DNA of 64,000 bases from NCBI GenBank assembly GCA_965221035.1, contig OZ244860.1, forward strand, positions 1,468,614-1,532,613, read 5' to 3'. This DNA comes from Candidatus Rariloculaceae bacterium (GTDB lineage: Bacteria > Pseudomonadota > Gammaproteobacteria > Steroidobacterales > Rariloculaceae). A model generated the notes under the pieces. That model was not told the origin of the DNA and did no database searches. It was given only the letters and a program-made list of their open reading frames with translations. Shown piece after piece: positions 56,524 to 64,000 of this stretch; position 1 is the first letter of the stretch; each line of letters starts with the position of its first letter. The translations under genes and the position numbers were made by a program.

Positions 56524-57699
56524 ATGCCCACCGTGCGCCATTCACTTGCTCTGACCCTCGGCCTGGGCGCAATCGCGCCCGCCGCGGCAACGGATGTCGT
56601 CATTTGCACCGACGCGGGCCGAGTGGTCATCGAGCTGTTCGATGACGATGCGCCAGCCCACGTGGCCAACTTCCTCGACTACGCGGACCGGGGCTTCTAC
56701 GCGGGAACGGTCTTCCACCGCGTCATCGATGGGTTCGTCGTCCAGGGCGGGGGGTTCGACCACGAGTTGCGCGGCAAGCGACCCGGCGGCACCGTGCCGA
56801 ACGAGTCGCGCAACGGCCAAGACAACGAACGCGGCACCGTCGCTGCGGCGCGCTCGGACGATCCCGACTCGGCTTCGTCCCAGTTCTTCATCAACCTGAC
56901 GGACAATCCGGCCCTGGATGCCACGCGCCGCGAACCCGGCTACACGGTCTTCGGCCGTGTCATCGAAGGTATGGAAGTCGTCGACGGGATCGGCGCGCTT
57001 CCGACGGGGGCCAGGGGTGGCTTTTCGGGCGAGGTGACCGATCCTCTGATCGGAATCAACTCGGTTTCCCGCCTGGTGGAGGCATTCTACGACCACCTGC
57101 CCCACCCGGAGCGCCACGCGCCGCTGCGGGACCAGATTGCCACAGCCGTGGCCGCCGAGGACTTTCCCGCGGCCTTTGACTGGTTTCGCCAGTTCAGAAA
57201 CGCCTGCGGAACCATGGATGCGGACCTGTTGATCACCGAGTCGCGGATCGCCATCGAAGTGGACGATGAGGCCGCCGCCGTGGCCGCGCTGGAGGAATAC
57301 CTGCGCGTCGCCGACGAGACCCACCCCGGGTTCGCCGCGGCCCTTGACGCGTTTCTGGAACTGGTGCCGGACGAACCTGTGGTGGGCGGTACCACCCAGC
57401 TCACGATGCCCAGCGTGACCGAGCGGGTGCGACACTGCGTTCCGCCGGAGCTTCCGGCCGTCGTCGACGCCCGCTCGGCGACCATGGACGAGATGGTTGC
57501 CAGCCAATCGGCAGTGCGGGACTTCATGGCGGCCAGCGACGAGCACCTGGAGTGCCTTTCGGAGGTCATCGACGCCCCCGATCTGGCCAGGGAGGAGCGG
57601 GCTTACCTTACATCCACTTACAACCGGGTCATCGATGCCATGGAAGCGGTCGCGGAGGACTTCAACGACCAGGTGCGGCTGTTTCGAGACCGCCAGTAG
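56524..57699 (+). CDS. Secreted cyclophilin-type PPIase with a long helical C-terminal extension
   Basis: FHRVIDGFVVQGGG, SASSQFFIN and GYTVFGRVIEGM motifs; about 200 extra aa at the C-terminus. Confidence 0.85.
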   Translation: MPTVRHSLALTLGLGAIAPAAATDVVICTDAGRVVIELFDDDAPAHVANFLDYADRGFYAGTVFHRVIDGFVVQGGGFDHELRGKRPGGTVPNESRNGQDNERGTVAAARSDDPDSASSQFFINLTDNPALDATRREPGYTVFGRVIEGMEVVDGIGALPTGARGGFSGEVTDPLIGINSVSRLVEAFYDHLPHPERHAPLRDQIATAVAAEDFPAAFDWFRQFRNACGTMDADLLITESRIAIEVDDEAAAVAALEEYLRVADETHPGFAAALDAFLELVPDEPVVGGTTQLTMPSVTERVRHCVPPELPAVVDARSATMDEMVASQSAVRDFMAASDEHLECLSEVIDAPDLAREERAYLTSTYNRVIDAMEAVAEDFNDQVRLFRDRQ

Positions 57700-57804
57700 C
57701 GCGGTTCAGCCGAAGCAGACGCCGAAGCCAGCCCGTCGGAAATTCTCACGCCGACACCGGCCCGTCGGCGGGATTCGCGTTACCGCGCGTGTCGACCGCC
57801 TCGC

Positions 57805-58785
57805 TTACCGGTGCCTCCGAATGAAGTCCAGCGATGCCATGGCCACGGTGTCATCCTCCGAATTGATGCTCTGCACATGGGACAGGTGATTGTGGTGCAG
57901 GAACTGGGTCATCTGCGGACAGTCGCCGAACTTTCCGCATAGCGCCAGGTAGACCTCCGCCACGCCCAGCTCGATACCGTGCATGTCCAGCTCCGCGCTC
58001 CACAGGAAGATCGGCACCTGGGGGCCGTCGTATGCCTCGATCAGGGCGGCCACCGAGCGCCGGGAGCGAACGGCTTCGTCGTCACCGTAGTAGTCGGCGT
58101 TTCCGGAACTGAATCCGCCTGAACTCAGCAAGGCGCCGGCGACGCCGGAGCCATCTTCGAAGTGCAGGGGCTGATGGAAGATGTAGGTGGCCGCATGGGC
58201 GCAGCCGGCCGAGTTGCACATGAGGTATACGGATTCCGGATCGCCGCCGTAGTCGCCGATATTCTCCCGTATCCATTCCACGATGCCGCGCACATCCTCC
58301 GCACCGGCGGGCCACTGGACCTCCGGCACCAGGCGGTAGTTGGCGTTGATGCCGATAATGCCGTGGCGCGCGAAGAAGGTGGTGATGTTGCCGTACATCA
58401 GTCCGTCGGTGCCGGCGACGACCTTGTCGCCTCGGACCAGGCCTCCGCCATGCAGGTAGACGACCACCGGCATCGGCTCCACCGGCGGCTGTTCGGGCAC
58501 GTAGAGGTCGAATCCCTGCAATTCGTGGGGTCCGTAGGCGATGTCCCGCGTGATCTCCACCCCCGACCGGTCGGCGCGGCGGTGCAGGTCGAGGTACAGC
58601 TCCTGTGTCGGGCCCGAGATCACGGGCACGGACTCCTTGCCCACATCCCGGATTGCCGTGCGAATCGCGGCCACCGCCTCATCGCCCTGCGACCAGGCCG
58701 GAGCCGTGCCCATCAGCGCGGCGACCGCGACCGTGGTGGCAATCCAACGACTGGCGGGTGCAACAGACAAATCAGGCGTATTCAT
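57805..58785 (-). CDS. Alpha/beta hydrolase (HSL-like), secreted
   Basis: HGGG, NYRL.P, CNSAG nucleophile elbow and HNH motifs; RBS GGAGG. Confidence 0.85.
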   Translation of the reverse strand: MNTPDLSVAPASRWIATTVAVAALMGTAPAWSQGDEAVAAIRTAIRDVGKESVPVISGPTQELYLDLHRRADRSGVEITRDIAYGPHELQGFDLYVPEQPPVEPMPVVVYLHGGGLVRGDKVVAGTDGLMYGNITTFFARHGIIGINANYRLVPEVQWPAGAEDVRGIVEWIRENIGDYGGDPESVYLMCNSAGCAHAATYIFHQPLHFEDGSGVAGALLSSGGFSSGNADYYGDDEAVRSRRSVAALIEAYDGPQVPIFLWSAELDMHGIELGVAEVYLALCGKFGDCPQMTQFLHHNHLSHVQSINSEDDTVAMASLDFIRRHR

Positions 58786-58814
58786 CGAATTCCCTCCAAG
58801 ATGGGCAGTACGGT

Positions 58815-59570
58815 TCAAAACCCCAACGACGTATTCCAGATGTGCACGGCCAGCGACTTGATGGTGGCCGCATCCAATGTGTCTGCCCAGGGAGGACAAA
58901 CGCCCAGCCGGCCGTTGGCGATGACATCGTAAATTGCATCCCGATCACTGCCGTAGAGCCAGATGTCATCGCGCAGGTTGGGACCGCCATAGGGCACGTA
59001 GCCGTAACTGTCGTCACCGTGGCATTCGGCGCACAGGGGCGCCAGGGGTTCGGCGCGCGCCACGGCAGCCTCATCCGCATCGCCACCGGCAAGGTCCACG
59101 ACCCACTCGGTCAGATCGCTCAATTGCTCCTCGGTGAATCCCAGTACGGCATATCCCGGCATCTCCGAGTAGCGTGTGTCCGCACAGGCGCCGTAGCTCA
59201 GCTGGTCCTCGGGACAGTCTCGGTTGCGTACGCCGTAGAGCAGCGTCTGCTGGATCGCCATCACCGGGGCAACATCGTTGGTTTCCTGGCCAGTGACGCC
59301 CCACAGCCAGTCAAAGTCCGTCAGGTCGGGAACGCCCGGTGCACCGCTCAGGTCGGCGCCGTGGCAGCCGGCACAGTGCTCGGCGGCCGCTGCCGATGCC
59401 GTGTCCCGAACGTAGTCGCTCAACTCGGGATCCGCCGCGATGACATAGGGCGATGCGTTCAGGACCCGTACCTCCGGCGGTTCCTGGGCGTGCAACACGC
59501 CCGCACTGAACACGATGCCCGCAACGGCACCGACACACGCGGCCCACGGCCTGAAAACTCCCGGTCTCAT
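58815..59570 (-). CDS. Diheme c-type cytochrome, CcoP-like, soluble
   Basis: CAGCH and CAECH; PDL.D.DWLWG, TRYSEMP and GPNL.D.IWLYG motifs; signal peptide. Confidence 0.85.
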   Translation of the reverse strand: MRPGVFRPWAACVGAVAGIVFSAGVLHAQEPPEVRVLNASPYVIAADPELSDYVRDTASAAAAEHCAGCHGADLSGAPGVPDLTDFDWLWGVTGQETNDVAPVMAIQQTLLYGVRNRDCPEDQLSYGACADTRYSEMPGYAVLGFTEEQLSDLTEWVVDLAGGDADEAAVARAEPLAPLCAECHGDDSYGYVPYGGPNLRDDIWLYGSDRDAIYDVIANGRLGVCPPWADTLDAATIKSLAVHIWNTSLGF

Positions 59571-59721
59571 CGTCCGCCTCCACTCAACCTTCCACTTGAC
59601 CATGCTGGCCGCCAAGCCCCCCGCGCGCCTTGCCTCGACGCCGACTCATTAACATCCGTCTGTCGCTGTAGAGACCATCGTAGCCTGCCTGGATCCGCCA
59701 TCGACCCTTGCGCAATGCCGC

Positions 59722-61155
59722 TCAGGCGGCGTGATAACCGAAGATCGACTTGATCTCCAGGTACTCCTCGAAACCGTGCACACCCCACTCGCGGCCCAGG
59801 CCCGACTTCTTGTATCCGCCGAAGGCCCCCTGAAAATCCGGCGCGGCGCCATTGACATGCACGTTGCCGGAACGGAGCCGGCCGGCGACCGCCTGGGCGC
59901 GTTCCAGATCCGTGCTCGACACATAGCCCGACAGTCCGTATTCCGTGTCATTGGCGATCTCGACGGCTTCCTCCTCGCTGTCGTAGGGAATGATGCACAT
60001 CACCGGCCCGAAGATCTCCTCGCGCGCGATGGTCATGTCGTTGCTAACGTCGCTGAAGACGGTGGGCCTGACGAAATAACCGGGGCTGTCGTCGGCGGGC
60101 TTGCCGGGCCCGCCGCAGACCAGCCGGGCGCCCTCCTCGATTCCCTGGCGGATCAGCCCCTGGACCTTCTCGAATTGCGGCCTGTTGGCCAGCGGGCCCA
60201 TGGTCGTCGCCTCGTCCCGCGGGTCGCCGATCACGGCCCTGGCAGCGGCGCCGGCCGCCACTTGCTCCGCCTGCGCCAGCCGCGCCCGGGGCACCAGCAG
60301 CCGCGACGGCGCGTTGCAGTTCTGCCCGGTGTTGCGCAACATCGCCGCCATCCCCCTTGCGACCGCCGTTTCGAAGTCGGCGTCTTCCAGCAGGATGTTG
60401 GCCGACTTGCCACCCAGTTCGAGTCCGACCTTCTTGACTGTCGGCGCCGCGGCCCTGGAGACCTCCACCCCGGCCCGTGTCGAGCCGGTGAAGGAAATGA
60501 AGTCGATGTCCGGGTGCGAGGCCAGCAGCGTCCCCACTGTCGGCCCGTCGCCGTCCACCAGGTTGAAGACCCCGGCAGGCACGCCCGCCTCGTGCAGTAT
60601 GTCGGCAAACACATGCGCCGACAGCGGCGCCAGTTCGCTGGGTTTCAGCACCATGGTGCAGCCGGTGGCCAGCGCCGGCACCACCTTGCACCCGATCTGG
60701 TGAATCGGCCAGTTCCAGGGCGTGATCATGCCGCACACGCCGATCGGTTCACGCTGGGTACGCATCGCGCCGTGATCTTCAAAAAAGGCGTAGTCCTTGA
60801 GAATGGCGGCATTGGATTGCAGGTGGCCGAGCATGGTCGCGGCCTGCACGGGCCGCGCGAACGACTTCAGCGGCGCGCCCATCTCCGAACAGATGGCGTC
60901 GGCCACCTCGCCGATTCGCTTCTCGTAGGCCGATGTGATCGATGCGAGCAGGTCGAGCCGCTCACCCCGGGTCGTGGTCGAAAAACTTCCAAAGGCCCCC
61001 TTGGCCGCGGCAATCGCCCGTTCGGCGTCCTCCGAGGAGCCCAGCGCGATCATCGCCACGGGATCGGCCGTGGCCGGGTTGACCACCTCGTGCCGACGCC
61101 CGGAAAGCGGCTCCACCCATTCGCCGCCAATGTAGAACCGCTCGTATTGTGTCAC
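59722..61155 (-). CDS. Aldehyde dehydrogenase
   Basis: ITPWNWP, LKPSE, FTGST, LELGGKS, GQNC and EEIFGPV motifs. Confidence 0.95.
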   Translation of the reverse strand: MTQYERFYIGGEWVEPLSGRRHEVVNPATADPVAMIALGSSEDAERAIAAAKGAFGSFSTTTRGERLDLLASITSAYEKRIGEVADAICSEMGAPLKSFARPVQAATMLGHLQSNAAILKDYAFFEDHGAMRTQREPIGVCGMITPWNWPIHQIGCKVVPALATGCTMVLKPSELAPLSAHVFADILHEAGVPAGVFNLVDGDGPTVGTLLASHPDIDFISFTGSTRAGVEVSRAAAPTVKKVGLELGGKSANILLEDADFETAVARGMAAMLRNTGQNCNAPSRLLVPRARLAQAEQVAAGAAARAVIGDPRDEATTMGPLANRPQFEKVQGLIRQGIEEGARLVCGGPGKPADDSPGYFVRPTVFSDVSNDMTIAREEIFGPVMCIIPYDSEEEAVEIANDTEYGLSGYVSSTDLERAQAVAGRLRSGNVHVNGAAPDFQGAFGGYKKSGLGREWGVHGFEEYLEIKSIFGYHAA

Positions 61156-61200
61156 TGTCGCCCCTCCAGGGAATGCGCCCGGAATGGACCCTTGAATCCA

Positions 61201-61277
61201 TGGCGCGCCCGGAGAGATTCGAACTCCCGACCACCTGGTTCGAAGCCAGGTACTCTATCCAGCTGAGCTACGGGCGC
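61201..61277 (-). tRNA. tRNA-Arg, anticodon UCG
   Basis: GCGCCCGTAGCTCAGCTGGATAGAGTACCTGG-CTTCGAA-CCAGGTGGTCGGGAGTTCGAATCTCTCCGGGCGCGCCA; full cloverleaf with encoded CCA. Confidence 0.95.
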
Positions 61278-61359
61278 GACGCCGTCATTTTATCCCGCAT
61301 TGCTGCGGATGTGGGAAACGGGGCAGGTCTAAACTAGGCGGGTCACTCAACAGGCCGGG

Positions 61360-62117
61360 TCACGCCCTGAGCCGATAGCCCGTCCTGAAAATCCACCACA
61401 CCGTCACCAGGCATCCGACGAGAAAGGCGCTGGTCATGCCGACGCTGACCCACAGGCTGACATCTGCCAACTCGTAGAAGCTCCAGCGGAAACCGCTCAC
61501 CAGGTAAACAACGGGGTTGAACAGGGTCACCGTCTGCCAGAACGGAGGCAGCATGTCCACAGAGTAGAAGCTGCCGCCGAGAAAGGTCAGCGGCATGACG
61601 ATCAGCAGCGGAATGATCTGCAGCTTCTCGAAACTGTCTGCCCAGATGCCGATGATGAAGCCGAACAGGCTGAAGGTGACCGACGTCAGGACAAGGAACG
61701 TGGCCATGATCAGCGGGTGGGCGACCTCCAGCGGCACGAACAGCCGGGCCGTGGCGAGAATGATCGCGCCGAGGATGATCGACTTCGTCGCCGCGGCGCC
61801 CACGTAGCCGAGCAGCACTTCGACGTAGGAGACCGGCGCCGAGAGGACCTCGTAGATGGTGCCGGTGAACTTCGGGAAATAGATGCCGAACGACGCGTTG
61901 GAGATGCTCTGGGTGAGCAGCGACAGCATGATCAGGCCGGGCACGATGAACGCGCCGTAACTCACGCCCTCCACCGCCGTGATGCGCGAACCGATGGCCG
62001 CGCCGAACACCACGAAGTAGAGCGACGTGGAGATCACCGGAGCCAGGATGCTCTGGTAGAGCGTGCGAAACGTGCGCGCCATTTCGTACACGTAGATGGC
62101 CTTGACTGCGTGGAGAT

Positions 62118-62121
<4 letters not shown>
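61360..62121 (-). CDS. ABC-2 permease (YadH-like)
   Basis: [31 protein letters not shown] and NPVVYL..GFR motifs. Confidence 0.92.
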
Positions 62122-63050
<929 letters not shown>

Positions 63051-63272
63051 GGGATCGCGACGGGAGAATAACCTGTCTCCGGTTTCCTGTCCCGCCAAGC
63101 GGGCGGAATCAACGGGAATTGGGGGACCGGCCAGTCGTGCAGACGCCTTGTTCGATTGGACCGGCAACCCGCCAACGTGTAAATTGTCTACGCGTCGGCC
63201 CTGCGAGACCATGCGCCGGCCCCGCCAGGGAAGAATCATGACAACCGGGAACGACCCGGAAAGGGAGCGACG

Positions 63273-63680
63273 ATGATCAATGCAATTCAAACCAGGCTCG
63301 AAGAAAACAGCGGCGAAATTCTCGGAATCACCAGAATCGTCTCGGCCTTCATGTTCCTGCAGCACGGAACCCAGAAAATGTTCGGGTTTCCGGTCGATGC
63401 GCGCGGCCCGTATGAACTGCTTTCCATGACGGGCGTCGCGGGCCTGATCGAAGTGGTGGGCGGAGTCCTGCTGTTGATCGGCCTGTTCACGCGTCCGGTG
63501 GCCTTCCTGTGTTCAGGGTTGATGGCCTTCGCCTATTGGCTGGCGCACGCGCCGCGCGGGTTCTTCCTCTGGACCATCGGCAACGGCGGCGATGCGGCTG
63601 TGCTGTACTGCTTCCTGTTCCTGTACATCGCCGCCGTGGGCGGTGGCAAGTTCAGCGTCGACGGTGCACGTGGGTCCTGA
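63273..63680 (+). CDS. DoxX family membrane protein
   Basis: RI...[22 protein letters not shown] and G.GKFSVD motifs. Confidence 0.9.
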   Translation: MINAIQTRLEENSGEILGITRIVSAFMFLQHGTQKMFGFPVDARGPYELLSMTGVAGLIEVVGGVLLLIGLFTRPVAFLCSGLMAFAYWLAHAPRGFFLWTIGNGGDAAVLYCFLFLYIAAVGGGKFSVDGARGS

Positions 63681-63704
63681 TACGACTCGGTTGCGCAAAC
63701 ACCG

Positions 63705-63732
63705 CGCGGGTCGGGGTTAGACCCGACCCGCG
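63705..63732. repeat. 11-bp intergenic hairpin (REP-like)
   Basis: CGCGGGTCGGG-GTTAGA-CCCGACCCGCG. Confidence 0.55.
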
Positions 63733-63784
63733 GACTGCCGCAGGCGACGTGGCGAAGAGCAGCGTTCGACAAGGAGGCAACGCC

Positions 63785-64000
63785 GTGCGCTGGATCTTGT
63801 TGGTTGTTCTCGTGCCGCTCGCAACCCCAGCGGCGGCGCACCATTCGCGGGCGCCGTTTCTGCTGGACGAGACCTTTCGCGTCGAGGGCACGGTGGTGGA
63901 GCTGGCCTGGCGCAGCCCGCACGTCTACATGGTGGTGGATGTTCCCGATGACGACGGGGACGACGCGCGGTGGACGTTCGAGGGTCACTCCATCGCGGGC
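63785..64000 (+). CDS. DUF6152-like secreted protein, 3' truncated by window edge
   Basis: RBS AAGGAGG and GTG start; signal peptide then HHS, V.G.V....W.SPH and W..E motifs. Confidence 0.75.
   Translation, partial: MRWILLVVLVPLATPAAAHHSRAPFLLDETFRVEGTVVELAWRSPHVYMVVDVPDDDGDDARWTFEGHSIAG

Noticed and set aside
58815..59570. cbb3 oxidase subunit ccoP
   Set aside because: No ccoNOQ nearby, no membrane anchor, and an altered axial ligand.
61201..61277. tRNA as an integration site for the accessory region
   Set aside because: I saw no integrase and no duplicate of the tRNA 3' end in the window; the flanking genes look like core genes.

Overview
GC-rich bacterial chromosomal window, probably a Gammaproteobacterium (inferred from the gene set). 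Housekeeping flanks: on the left an RND efflux pair, amidase, AsmA, DUF4159, a cpATP-grasp/alpha-E/transglutaminase operon and a sulfatase; on the right an MFS transporter, acyltransferase, a REC-PP2C/SBP/TorS-like kinase/porin operon, cyclophilin, diheme cytochrome, aldehyde dehydrogenase, tRNA-Arg and an ABC-2 pair. Between them lies an accessory zone (~14.8-46.3 kb) with three parts. (i) A candidate defence locus at 16.7-21.4 kb: a RibD-like zinc deaminase fused to HATPase_c_4 and wHTH domains, translationally coupled to a metallophosphoesterase, preceded by an operator-array promoter and facing a PLD-nuclease/P-loop ATPase fusion. This is the best candidate for an undescribed system. (ii) A zinc-acquisition region with Zur boxes, zur, a MerC-domain protein, two paralogous TonB receptor + DUF3526 ABC modules that lack a binding protein, a CBM9-DUF5916 protein and a DUF2946-like putative arrest uORF. 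(iii) A TA/defence islet (HigBA, KAP NTPase, Fic, DUF559) that splits the zinc region. Several gene relics are scattered through the zone. Other oddities are a tRNA-Arg with a UCG anticodon on an ACG-type body and an orphan CcoP-like cytochrome with Cys in place of an axial Met. All family calls come from motif recognition by eye; no database searches were run.
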